Shown: one piece after another, positions 21,017-30,939 of the stretch | Layout of the letters: each line of letters begins with the position of its first letter | Numbering within the stretch: position 1 is the stretch's first letter | NCBI GenBank assembly: GCA_963745235.1 | Contig: CAVUXE010000015.1 | Span: 32,001 to 96,000 of the forward strand | Source: an uncultured Spirochaetota bacterium | GTDB taxonomy: Bacteria > Spirochaetota > Spirochaetia > SZUA-6 > Fen-1364 | DNA: 64,000 nucleotides | Direction of reading: 5' to 3' | The notes under the pieces: model-generated | Told to the model about the DNA's origin: nothing | Seen by the model: only the letters and a program-made list of their open reading frames with translations | Databases searched by the model: none | Position numbers and translations under genes: made by a program

Positions 21017-22857
21017 CCGTCACACCACCGTGCGTACGGGTCCGTACACGGCGGTTCGGCAAGATTGAACGTTCACGTAGCAAGCGACGGGAGTCCGAGG
21101 GAGTCGAAGAAAGCATTCGGCAGCGCGATGGCCAGGGCTTTGCTATTGCTCAGTCGCCATGGGCCGTGCGCACTCCCCGCCGTCTTCGCGGCGAGGTCTT
21201 TGCCGATTCCCCGTTCCTCAGTTCTTTGAAACGTACCCTTCCGCGTTTCCACTGCTTCCACAGGAAGCAGCGCAGACGTCTTCGGGTCCAACCTGTCCAA
21301 GTCCCTGAGTATGCTGGGGGTCTCGCAGAATCCGAAGTAACCCCGCCACCCTATCATATAGCGGCGAAGCTCTCCGATCATCTGCTCGATACTGATCCCG
21401 CGTGTGCGCCATGTCAGTTCCCGAATCCGCTCCTTGAATCGTTCGATGGCCTTAGGCGCGATGCGCCTCCTCACCGTCTTCTCCGCTCGTGAAGCTGAAT
21501 CCAAGGAACTTCCGATCCTTTGGCCGTGCCACTGCGCTCTTCGATTTGTTTACCTTAAGCTTGAGTTTTCTTGTGAGGAAGTCCTTTCACGCCTTCCATC
21601 ACCCGCTGACCCGCACGCTCGCTTTTCACGTAGATATTGCAATCATCTGCGTAGCGAACGAAGCGGTGCCCGCGTCGCTCCAGCTCTCGGTCCAACTCGT
21701 CAAGCAGCAGATTGGAAAGAAGCGGCGAAAGAGGTCCACCTTGCGGCGTTCCTTCATCCGTCGGTCCCACAAGTCCGTTTTCCATCACTCCCGAGTTCAG
21801 GAACGATCGAATCAGCTTTAGCATCCGCTTGTCGCTAATCCTTCGGGCTACGCGGCTCATCAGCACGTCATGGTTCACGCGGTCAAAGAACTTCTCCAGG
21901 TCAAGGTCCACGACCCAGTCGTAACCTTGCTGGATATATTCCTGCGCCTTCTCCACCGCCTGATGTGCCGATCGCCCTGGCCTGAACCCGTAGCTGTACT
22001 CACTGAATGTGGGGTCCCACCGCTCTTGCAGTACCTGCAGCACCGCCTGCTGGACGAATCGATCCACCACCGTCGGAATGCCGAGCTTTCTCGTGCCTCC
22101 TCCCGATTTCGGTATCTCCACCCGTCTCACAGGCTGCGGCCGATAGGTGCCTGACAAAAGCTGCTCCTTTCAATCGCGGCCAATTCTCCCGCAGGTACTC
22201 CGGCAATTCCTTGACGGTCATCCCGTCGATGCCTGCCGCTCCCGCGTTGGCTTTCACGCGTCTCAGCGCTTCCTTCAAGTTCTCCTTCTCGCATGCCTCC
22301 TCGATCAGCTTGTCCGTGTTCGCCTGGCTTTCCGTGCTGAGTTTCACCGCTGTGGATTCGATCCCTTCCTCGGGTGCCCTGAGGGCTTCACCCCTTCCCT
22401 CACCCGCGAAGGCCAGCTCATGCTGGATTTTCTGTCGCCTGTCCACTTCGAGTCGCTCCCTGTACTCGCCTCTCCTGCCGTTCGGGCCTTCGGGTCACCG
22501 ACCCTACTATGCCCTCTGCTGACTTCTGGCAGCCGATCAGAGATTCTCACGAATCCCTCAGTCCCTACTCGGGGACACCTGCCAGACCTCCTGGGGTAAG
22601 CTCACCCGCTTTCAGCGCACAACCGCTGGATTTACAACCCGAGCCCTTGATGGATATGGGCTTGTCGGTCATATGCCCGCTCGCCCGACTCGGTATGCCT
22701 CGTATCCAGTTTCTGTTCGTCGGCTCGCGCCTTTGCTCCACGCTTCTTTCGGACACGCTCTCGCGAGATAAGTGCCCTTGCGTTTCGCTACGCCTTCACC
22801 TCCATCAGGTTGGCGAGGGGACTTTCACCCCAAAGCTGGTGAACATGCCCAGCACAC
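21017..22857 (-). mobile_element. Group II intron, bacterial class C (IIC); domain VI missing
   Basis: 5' end GTGTGCTGGGCATG at 22857; short domain V ACCGCCGTGTACGGACCCGTACGCACGGTGGT (21024-21055) with CGC triad; RT ORF inside; hairpin plus T-run just upstream of the 5' end. Confidence 0.9.
21073..22446 (-). CDS. ltrA: Group II intron reverse transcriptase/maturase, no endonuclease domain (several frameshifts)
   Basis: GAAGIDGM, RKLGIPTVVDR, YGFRPGRSAHQA, DLEKFFD, GTPQGGPLSPLLSN, RYADD, GWRGYF across ORFs 22000..22446, 21555..22157 and 21073..21504. Confidence 0.9.
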
Positions 22858-22896
22858 ATAAAACGGGCGCCTCGGGCGGCTCCTGGGAACACCAGT

Positions 22897-23490
22897 GTGC
22901 CCCGAGGCCACGGGTCGTCACGTCAAAGAATCATTCAGGCAGCGAGTGACTTGTTCGAGAACAACGGCTACCACGGGACCGGCTTGAATGAGATCGTTCT
23001 TCGGGGGAAGGCTCCGAAAGGCTCCATCTACTACCATTTCCCCGGAGGCAAAGAGCAGATTGCGACTGAGGCAATACTCCTCGCCGGACAGGCTCTTGCC
23101 GAGAGGATTCGAACCAACCTGGTGAAAAAGAGAAATGCCGCCGAGGCTGTTCGGATATTTGTCGACAGGATGTCATTTTTCGTCATGGCGTCGGGGTTCA
23201 GGTCCGGAGGGCCTTTGACGATTATTGCCTCGGAGACCGCGACCACAAACGATGGCTTGAACCGGGCGTGTCGGGAAGCCTATGACCTCATTCGGGAAGC
23301 CTTCAGGATGAAGCTGGAGGACTACGGCTTTGCAGAGCCTGAAGCAGCGGCTCTCTCCTTCGGCATCACTGCCGCCGTGGAAGGAGGCATCATACTGAGC
23401 CGTACCTACCATTCTCGCAAGCCCCTGCGCACCGTTGCAAGACTCCTCGGGGAGATGGTGATGGCAGTCGGTTCCGTTGCCAAAGCCTGA
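22897..23490 (+). CDS. TetR/AcrR family regulator (LmrA/YxaF-like)
   Basis: LFENNGYHGTGLNEI...APKGSIYYHFPGGKEQIA HTH. Confidence 0.9.
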   Translation: MPRGHGSSRQRIIQAASDLFENNGYHGTGLNEIVLRGKAPKGSIYYHFPGGKEQIATEAILLAGQALAERIRTNLVKKRNAAEAVRIFVDRMSFFVMASGFRSGGPLTIIASETATTNDGLNRACREAYDLIREAFRMKLEDYGFAEPEAAALSFGITAAVEGGIILSRTYHSRKPLRTVARLLGEMVMAVGSVAKA

Positions 23491-23514
23491 AGATTGATTG
23501 TACTGTTCGGTGTC

Positions 23515-24222
23515 GTGTCACGCACCGAGCGACTCTTCGACCTCATCCAACTCCTGAGGACATACCACTTTCCGGTGACGGCGGCCCGGCTGGCGGGTCA
23601 GCTCGACGTCACCGTCCGCACAATCTACCGGGATATCGCCACACTTCAGGCTCTGGGGGCGCCGGTGGATGGTGAGGCCGGCATGGGCTACCTGCTGCGC
23701 CCCGGTTTCCTTTTGCCGCCTCTCATGTTCAAAGAAGAAGAAATGGAGGCCCTGGTCCTCGGCGCGCGCTGGGTCGTGAATCGCGCCGACCGCCTCCTCG
23801 GTCAGGCGGCCCGAAACGCGCTGGCCCGAATCGAGGCAGTGCTGCCCGCGCGGCTGCGCCAGGATATGGAGGATGCGCCGCTCATCGTCGGCCCCGGCCC
23901 CGCGGTCCGAGGTCAGGACGATCGGCTTGTCAGGCTTCGGCGGGCAATTCGCCAGCAGCACAAAGTGCTTCTGCGCTACAGAAGCCTTGCGGGGGAAAGC
24001 ACCGAGAGGGTGGTCTGGCCTTTTGCCCTGTCATTCTTCAATACGGCACGCATCGTTGTTGCCTGGTGCGAGCTTCGCCAGGACTACAGGTCCTTCCGCA
24101 CCGACTTGATCGATGAGGCCAAAGTTCTCTCCGCGACCTATCCCCGTCACCGTTCGACGCTCCTGCATGAGTGGCGGGCCCGGGAGGGCATTCCCCGCCA
24201 GGACGCCGGCGGTGACCCCTGA
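23515..24222 (+). CDS. HTH-WYL transcriptional regulator (YafY-like)
   Basis: VTVRTIYRDIATL HTH, LPPLMF, AWCELRQDYRSFRTDLI WYL domain. Confidence 0.92.
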   Translation: MSRTERLFDLIQLLRTYHFPVTAARLAGQLDVTVRTIYRDIATLQALGAPVDGEAGMGYLLRPGFLLPPLMFKEEEMEALVLGARWVVNRADRLLGQAARNALARIEAVLPARLRQDMEDAPLIVGPGPAVRGQDDRLVRLRRAIRQQHKVLLRYRSLAGESTERVVWPFALSFFNTARIVVAWCELRQDYRSFRTDLIDEAKVLSATYPRHRSTLLHEWRAREGIPRQDAGGDP

Positions 24223-24232
24223 GGAACCCTGC

Positions 24233-24247
24233 TGACAGAAACTGTCA
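24233..24247. promoter_or_regulatory. Inverted repeat, likely WYL regulator binding site
   Basis: TGACAG-AAA-CTGTCA between the WYL gene and the VOC gene. Confidence 0.65.
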
Positions 24248-24284
24248 CTGACCTCCTGTACCTTGAGATGCAGAGGAGGAACCC

Positions 24285-24665
24285 ATGACACATCCGAACT
24301 TCGTGATTCTTTACGTCAAGGATCCCCGCGAAAGCGCGGCGTTTTATTCCCGCCTTCTGGGAAGCAACCCGGTGGAAGCATCCCCGACCTTCGTGATGTT
24401 CGCCCTGGAGTCAGGGATGATGTTCGGGCTCTGGATACGGGATGAGGTGGTGCCCGCCGTCGCGTCCCGACCTGGGGCGGCGGAGCTCGCCATTGCCGTG
24501 GACAGCCGCGAAGAAGTTGAATCCGCCCTGGCTGACTGGAGGGCGGCCGGCGCCGCTGTCGTCCTGGAGCCGACTGAGCTTGATTTCGGCTATGGGTTTG
24601 CCGTACGGGACCCTGACGGACACCTGGTTCGCGTGTTCAACCCAAGCTCACCACCGGCGGCATGA
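24285..24665 (+). CDS. VOC/glyoxalase family protein (EhpR-like)
   Basis: ILYVKD...SAAFY..LLG and FG..F..RDPDGH motifs; SD GAGGAG. Confidence 0.9.
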   Translation: MTHPNFVILYVKDPRESAAFYSRLLGSNPVEASPTFVMFALESGMMFGLWIRDEVVPAVASRPGAAELAIAVDSREEVESALADWRAAGAAVVLEPTELDFGYGFAVRDPDGHLVRVFNPSSPPAA

Positions 24666-24681
24666 AACGGGAAGAGCGATC

Positions 24682-25122
24682 ATGGAGAAGAACCACTGGA
24701 TCGTCGTTGCATCTCGGGATCATGCCGCCATCGGCGTGAAGGCCTCGATCATTCAGGCAAATCATGGCAAGAGGGCTGCACTTGACCGGATGCGGCCGGG
24801 GGACAGGATTGCCATCTACTCGCCTCGGGAAACCTTTGCAAAAACGGGCCGTCTGCAGGCTTTCACCGCGCTGGGGACCGTGGCGGATGACCGGGTCTGG
24901 CAGCTCGAGGTGGGACCGGGCTTCAAGCCTTTTCGGCGCCGGGTGGAATATGAGCCCGTCGAGGATGCACCGTTGCTGCCGCTCCTGGAGCGGTTGACTT
25001 TCATCCGGAACAAGAGCGCTTACGGCGCAGTCTTCAGGTTCGGCATCGTCAAGGTCCCGGAGTCAGATTTCCGAGTGATCGAGGATGCTCTCCGAGGCCC
25101 CGAGGGTTTGTCAGCTACATGA
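24682..25122 (+). CDS. EVE domain protein (PUA-like)
   Basis: WIVVASRDH...QANHGKRAALDRMRPGDRIAIYSP...AFTALG...FRFG...DF..I pattern. Confidence 0.85.
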   Translation: MEKNHWIVVASRDHAAIGVKASIIQANHGKRAALDRMRPGDRIAIYSPRETFAKTGRLQAFTALGTVADDRVWQLEVGPGFKPFRRRVEYEPVEDAPLLPLLERLTFIRNKSAYGAVFRFGIVKVPESDFRVIEDALRGPEGLSAT

Positions 25123-25375
25123 ACTCTTTGAGGGTGAAGCGGATGTCGGGAAACTTCATCCGCAGCCATTGCACTTCTTCTTCAAGCGAGCTCTCGCAAT
25201 CAAAGATGTTCACAAAGTGGCGGTGAATGCGCGTCGGGGAGGTCCTGGCGGACCCGACCACCATCCCGCCGTGCACGGTGGCAATTGCGTCAAGCGCGGA
25301 TTCGAGCTCCTCCTCGGCATCATCCGGGATCTCCGGAGAGACCGGCTGAACCACTTCGAGGGTGTACCTGCTCAT
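25115..25375 (-). CDS. Hypothetical protein, 86 aa
   Basis: MSRYTLEVVQ...; 4-bp overlap with the DUF302 stop codon suggests translational coupling. Confidence 0.55.
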   Translation of the reverse strand: MSRYTLEVVQPVSPEIPDDAEEELESALDAIATVHGGMVVGSARTSPTRIHRHFVNIFDCESSLEEEVQWLRMKFPDIRFTLKEFM

Positions 25376-25767
25376 GCCGCCCCGTCCCCTTTCTGCGTCG
25401 CCGCCGCGAATACTGCCTCGAGGGCGCGGAAGGGGGGCGAATCCAGGTGGTGGCGCTCCCTGAGGTATTCCGGGCTGTTGTAGCTCAGCCACACCGTGCC
25501 CTCCGTAGACTCCCAGACGAGGGCCTTCAGCGGAAGGTCCAGCGCAATCGAAGGAAATTTCACCATGAGCGGCGTGCCAACGGCCGGATCACCGAAGACG
25601 AGCAGCTGCGTCTCTGGCATGGCAAGTCCCACAGACTGTGCCTCCGCAGTCTGATCGATCCGCGCGAAGATCCTGATTCCCCGCGCCTTCAACAACGATG
25701 CGAGGCGGTCCATCGTCTCGGGAACAGAGAACGCGCTTGCAATATCAACAACGCCTTTGCCACCCAT
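25372..25767 (-). CDS. DUF302 domain protein
   Basis: IFARIDQ...QLLVFGDP..GTPLM...LDLPLKALVWE...WLSYNSP. Confidence 0.85.
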   Translation of the reverse strand: MGGKGVVDIASAFSVPETMDRLASLLKARGIRIFARIDQTAEAQSVGLAMPETQLLVFGDPAVGTPLMVKFPSIALDLPLKALVWESTEGTVWLSYNSPEYLRERHHLDSPPFRALEAVFAAATQKGDGAA

Positions 25768-25971
25768 TGATCCCGCCCCCACAAATATAGTGCAAAGACA
25801 TGCCGGCGGGCTGCCCCTGAGATGCTTCCCGTCACATTCCCGTCACGATGACCTTGACGGGAAGCCGGAGGCAGTCGGCACGCTCATCATCGTGTCCCTG
25901 GCAGTGAGCGCTTTCAGCGAGCGCGGGATGCGGGCGTAGATTCCGGCCCACAGCGGGCTTCCGGCTGTCGT

Positions 25972-26700
25972 TCAGTTGCTCTGGCGGAAAGACAGCGAGA
26001 AATCGAGCGCCGTGTCGAGCAGAAGGACACGCAGCAGGGGGATCCTGTAGGTCACCAACCCGTCGCTCACCGTTCCGCCTGCCTGCGAGACAATTTCCCC
26101 TTCCGGCCGGATGGCGATGCTGATCCATGACTTCCTCACCAGGGCGGGTCCGTCGTCCCCGAGAGAAAATCGAATCATTTCCAGGTAGTCGTCCTGCGTG
26201 ACCTTCTGGTCCACCTGCGGGCCAAGGCTCTGGAGAACGGGGCTTTCGAGCATGGGGAAGAGAGCGGCAACCTGGCGATAGTTCTCCCGGTTCAGGTGGA
26301 TCTTCAACGTTTCGATGCCGCCCGCCTGCGTGAGGGAAATGACGTCTGCGCTCGGGAGGCCTTCTTTCCGTGCGAACAGGTCCGATAGGGACGCGAAGCT
26401 CGCCTCGATGTCCAGCGAGCGCGGGTCCGGGGACGACACCTTCTGCACGGTCATACCGGGCTGGGCCTCAAAGCCCGCGCGGATTGCCGCCAGGTCGAAT
26501 ATCGCATCTCCCCGCGCTTTCGAGCTCCCCGACACTTCAGCGAGCCCTGCGATGTAGTCGTGCAGGAGCTTCGAGACCTCGAGATGAAGCGCCACCGTGC
26601 CGGAGCCGTCCCCCTTGAGGGTGACGACGTGCGCGGCGCTGCAGCCCCCTAGGAGAGCTGCTGCGAGGATCAGCGCAGGAACGCGAGGCAGGCGCGGCAT
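25972..26700 (-). CDS. Hypothetical lipoprotein
   Basis: MPRLPRVPALILAAALLGGC lipobox; promoter TTGACC-17-TAGCGT 7 nt upstream. Confidence 0.75.
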   Translation of the reverse strand: MPRLPRVPALILAAALLGGCSAAHVVTLKGDGSGTVALHLEVSKLLHDYIAGLAEVSGSSKARGDAIFDLAAIRAGFEAQPGMTVQKVSSPDPRSLDIEASFASLSDLFARKEGLPSADVISLTQAGGIETLKIHLNRENYRQVAALFPMLESPVLQSLGPQVDQKVTQDDYLEMIRFSLGDDGPALVRKSWISIAIRPEGEIVSQAGGTVSDGLVTYRIPLLRVLLLDTALDFSLSFRQSN

Positions 26701-26772
26701 GGATGCAACGCTACCGAATCCCGCGCGCGAGGTCAATTGCGCAGGCCGCGGAAAACCCCTACTATGCCTGCA

Positions 26773-28522
26773 ATGCCCGCCATACGAATCGAGCCTCTGG
26801 GCCTCACAATCGAAGCAGAAAAAGGCGTCGTTCTGCGCGACGCTCTTCACGCCGCCGGGATCCTCCTTGACTACCCGTGCGGGGGCAAGGGACGCTGCCG
26901 CCAGTGCCGCGTGAACGTTGCCGGGGACACTCGCCTGGCGTGCCAGCTGGTCATCCAGGAGGACTGCACTGTGCGCATCGGGGAGGAGATGGTGGCCGCC
27001 CAGGTCTGGACAACCCCGGGAGAAGGCTTGCGGAACGATGACATCCGAGCCGCGGCAGATTCTTCTGTCAGGCGCGTCCGACTGCATTTGCAGGAACCGA
27101 GCCTGGAGGATCAGAGATCTGACTGGGACAGGCTTGCCCAGGCCCTCGCCGAACAGGGGGCCGGCGTCGGGGAGCCTGACCCGGCACTTCTGGAAAGCGT
27201 CTCAACGGCCCTGCGCGCGCACGGATGGACCGCGGATGCCGTTTGCCAGGAGAATGAGCTGCTGGGGATAGGTCCGGCCGGCTTCCGCGCAATCGGCTTT
27301 GCCGTGGACCTTGGCACCACGACGGTGGACATCGCGCTCCTGGACCTGGAAACGGGTGAGCTTCTTGGCCGCAAGGCGTTTCTGAACAGGCAGGTCGCCT
27401 TCGGCGCGGATGTCATCTCGCGCGCGCAAAGCTTTCACGAGAACAGGGAGCCGGTTCGAGAGGCCGGCCTTGCCACCGTTGAGGAAGGAGCTCGCCAGGT
27501 TCTTGCCGAAGCGGGAGAAGACCCGCTCCGGGTGCTCAAAACGGTGGTGGTGGGCAACCCCATCATGGTGCACATCCTGCAGGGGATCGATCCATGGCAG
27601 CTCACGCGTCTGCCGTACGTTGCGGTCACCGCCCGCCGGATCCGTCGTCATCCGCGGGATCTCGGCTGGACATTCCAGGGCAACGGCTACGTGGAAACCC
27701 TTCCGCTCGTCTCCGGCTACGTGGGCGCGGACACCGTGGGAATGATGGTGGCCCTTGACCTGGACAGGGAAAAAGCCACCACCCTGTCGATCGACATCGG
27801 CACGAACGGGGAGATGGTCCTGGCGCGCGGAGGGAGCCTGCTGGCCACCTCCACGGCTGCCGGTCCGGCCTTTGAAGGCGCCCAGATATCCTGCGGCATG
27901 CGGGCGCTTCCCGGCGCAATTGTCGCCGTGTCCATAGGCCTTGATGGGTCCGTGAGGCACAAAACAGTGGCGGACGCCGCGCCGCAGGGGATCTGCGGAA
28001 CCGGCCTGGTCTCCGCGGTGGCGCAGCTCCTGGAGCGCGAGGTCATAGACGCCACCGGCAGGCTCCTTGACAGCGCGGAGATCACCCTCCCCGCGCTTCG
28101 AGCGCGCGTGTTCTCCCTCGGGGGAGAGCCGGCTTTCGCGTTGTCCGAGGACCGACGCGTGTACATCTCCCAGAAGGATATCCGCACGCTCCAGCTGGCA
28201 AAGGGAGCGGTGCGCACGGGCGTCGACACGCTGCTGTCCCTCACGGGAATCGAGGCTGACGGGCTCGATGCTCTTCGGCTTGCCGGGCAACTTCGGCGCG
28301 GGGCTGGATGCGCGCGCGGCAATGCGCATCGGGATCATCCCTCCCATGGATCTTGCAAAGGTGGAGGTGGTGGGCAACGCCGCGCTTCGAGGCGCGGTCA
28401 TGGTGCTTCTTTCCCGGGAGTGCGTGGATCGGGCGGAGAGGGCGGCTCGGGGCGCCCGCTTCGTAGAGCTGGGCGGGAAGCCGGAGTTCCAGGCCCGTTT
28501 CATGGAGGCTATGCTCTTTTAG
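26773..28522 (+). CDS. RACo-like reductive activator of corrinoid proteins (2Fe-2S + ASKHA/DUF4445); frameshift near 28287
   Basis: CGGKGRCRQC...RLACQ; DLGTTT, DIGTNGE, AAGPAFEG, QKDIRTLQLAKGA; C-terminal GNFG...GNAAL in ORF 28067..28522. Confidence 0.88.
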
Positions 28523-29183
28523 CCGGGGTGGAAAAGACTCCGAGGAAGCCGCCGCGCGGCTGGCAGACGAACCAGTGGCCCGAGATCTTCCGCGCCTTCT
28601 CCTCCAGAATCTGGTCGATGTAACCCGCAAACTCCTCCACGCCGGCCCCCAGGGATTGAAAACCGTTGACGGAGACCTCCCGGCCCGCGCCGTAGCTCGC
28701 CATCAGGGACGAGGCGAAACCGCGAAACCCTTCGCGCATGGCCGCCTGCACCGCCGTGTCAGATCCAGCGGACGGAAAGCTCACCAGGCCGAGCAGACCG
28801 CGTCTTCGCTGCGGGAAATACGAGAGGACCTCCCGGGCAAGGAACAGGGGCCCCTTCGCCTCATCGAAGGACCGTTCTATCTCCGCGCTGGCGGCTTCGT
28901 GGAGAGCATTCGCGGACGGGCATGGCGCCTCCAGGATGAAGACCTCGTCCAGCGCATCGAATGCATTCAGGGAAGAGAGGAGGACGTTCCGCGCGGACAG
29001 CGGGGACCGGCGATTCCATGCAACCACTCGGACCCCGTCGCTTTCGCGGCTGACGCGCTGCTCAGCGCCCTCAGAGCCGGCGGGCGTCGTGGTGACAACA
29101 GAGATGCCTTTCGCGCAGAACAGGCGCACGAGCGCCGCGCCGAGCGGAGTATCTCCCTCTGTCACCAGGACCGCCTTCCCCAT
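28509..29183 (-). CDS. Degenerate short-chain dehydrogenase-like protein
   Basis: VLVTEGDTPLGAALVRLF Rossmann-like start; no clear YxxxK motif. Confidence 0.6.
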   Translation of the reverse strand: MGKAVLVTEGDTPLGAALVRLFCAKGISVVTTTPAGSEGAEQRVSRESDGVRVVAWNRRSPLSARNVLLSSLNAFDALDEVFILEAPCPSANALHEAASAEIERSFDEAKGPLFLAREVLSYFPQRRRGLLGLVSFPSAGSDTAVQAAMREGFRGFASSLMASYGAGREVSVNGFQSLGAGVEEFAGYIDQILEEKARKISGHWFVCQPRGGFLGVFSTPAKRA

Positions 29184-29307
29184 CCGCGCGGATGATACCC
29201 CGCGCAGACGTGCAGGGTCAACGGAAGGCGGATGTGGCGGAAGGTGGATGGGGTGCCTCACGGCCCCTCTCATTGCCCCGCCCCCCCTTCCCTGATAGAT
29301 TCTTGCT

Positions 29308-30939
29308 ATGAAGATCGCGTGCGGGCAGATCAACCCCACGATCGGCGATTTCCCGGGCAACCTGGACAAGGTCCTCGTGTATTCGCGCCGCGCGCAAGAG
29401 GCCGGGTGCGCGCTTGCCGTGTTCCCCGAGCTGTGCCTCTGCGGATACCCGCCCATGGACCTCCTGGAGTACGACAGCTTCATAGAGGAAAACCTGAAAA
29501 CCCTCCGCACGCTCCAGAGCGACGCTCCCCCCGGGATCGGGATCGTCGTGGGATACGTGGACAGGAACCGGGGCCGTCCCGGCAAGGGTCTTCTCAACGT
29601 CGCCTCACTGATCTCCGACGGCAAGGTCCTTCACACGCAGGCAAAGACGCTCCTCCCCACCTACGACGTGTTCGACGAGGCGCGCTGGTTCGAGCCTGCG
29701 GACAGGAGGACGGTCTTCAACTTCGCGGGGGAACGGATCGGGATCGCCATCTGCGAGGACCTCTGGTGGGATGGAGAAACGGCGCCCGGCCTGCGCTACC
29801 CGGTGGACCCGATCGCGGAGCTTCTGGATGCCGGGGCGACCCTCATTGTGGCCCCCACCGCCTCCCCGTTTCATGCGGGGAAGCCGCGCACGCGCCGGGA
29901 GCTCTTCTCACGGGTCGGGAAGGCCTCCGGCGTGCCGGTCGTGTACGTGAACATCGTCGGGGGGAACGACAACCTCATCTTCGACGGCCAGTCCATGGTC
30001 ACCTCCCGTGAGGGAAAGCTGGTGTACATGGGCGCGCCGTTCGAAGAGGAGCTTGCCTTCGTGGATACGGCCGCCACGTGCCCCGAAGTCCCCCTGCCCG
30101 ACGACACGTGGGCCCAGATCGAAGGCGCCCTGGTCCTTGGCATCAGGGACTACGTGCGCAAGTGCGGGTTCACGCGCGTGCACCTCGGGCTCTCCGGCGG
30201 AATCGACTCCGCTCTGGTGGCGGTGCTTGCCGTGGAGGCCCTCGGGCCGGACAAGGTGGACGTTTTCGGCCTCCCTTCCCGTTATTCCTCTGATGGCAGC
30301 GTGGCGGACGCCCGTGGGCTTGCTGGGAACCTCGGTCTCACCCTGAAGCTGCTTTCCATCGAAGACATATTCGCCTCGTACCTCCACACCCTGGGCCCGG
30401 TATTCGAAGGCCGGGCGCCGGACATCACGGAGGAAAACATCCAGGCGCGCATTCGCGGCACGCTCCTGATGGCTTACTCGAACAAGTTCAACTCCCTGCT
30501 TCTCACCACGGGCAACAAGTCGGAGCTTGCCGTGGGATACTGCACGCTGTACGGCGACATGAGCGGAGGGCTGGCCGTGATCGGAGACCTGCTGAAGGGC
30601 CAGGTGTACCGGCTGGCTCGATCGATCAACTCGCGAAAACCTCTCATCCCGGAATCGATCTTCACGAAGCCCCCCTCGGCAGAGCTGCGGCCCGACCAGA
30701 CGGACCAGGACAGTCTGCCCCCCTACGATACCCTGGACGCCATCCTCCAGGAGTACCTCGTGGAGAACAAATCCGTGGAGGCAATCGCCGGCAACGGGTT
30801 CGACCCCGCGCTGGTGCGCTCGGTGGTCCGCATGGTGGACAAGGCGGAGTACAAGCGCCGGCAGGCGCCGCCGGTCCTCAAGGTTTCCCCGAAGGCTTTC
30901 GGGACCGGGCGCCGCGTCCCGATCGCGCGGAAGGTTTAG
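29308..30939 (+). CDS. nadE: Glutamine-dependent NAD+ synthetase
   Basis: Nitrilase domain (FPEL, ICEDLW) plus GLSGGIDSA, ENIQARIRG, TGNKSE and PSAELRPDQ. Confidence 0.97.
   Translation: MKIACGQINPTIGDFPGNLDKVLVYSRRAQEAGCALAVFPELCLCGYPPMDLLEYDSFIEENLKTLRTLQSDAPPGIGIVVGYVDRNRGRPGKGLLNVASLISDGKVLHTQAKTLLPTYDVFDEARWFEPADRRTVFNFAGERIGIAICEDLWWDGETAPGLRYPVDPIAELLDAGATLIVAPTASPFHAGKPRTRRELFSRVGKASGVPVVYVNIVGGNDNLIFDGQSMVTSREGKLVYMGAPFEEELAFVDTAATCPEVPLPDDTWAQIEGALVLGIRDYVRKCGFTRVHLGLSGGIDSALVAVLAVEALGPDKVDVFGLPSRYSSDGSVADARGLAGNLGLTLKLLSIEDIFASYLHTLGPVFEGRAPDITEENIQARIRGTLLMAYSNKFNSLLLTTGNKSELAVGYCTLYGDMSGGLAVIGDLLKGQVYRLARSINSRKPLIPESIFTKPPSAELRPDQTDQDSLPPYDTLDAILQEYLVENKSVEAIAGNGFDPALVRSVVRMVDKAEYKRRQAPPVLKVSPKAFGTGRRVPIARKV

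Noticed and set aside
21073-22446. Retron, DGR or defence RT
   Set aside because: Flanking group II 5' end and domain V identify it as an intron-encoded maturase.
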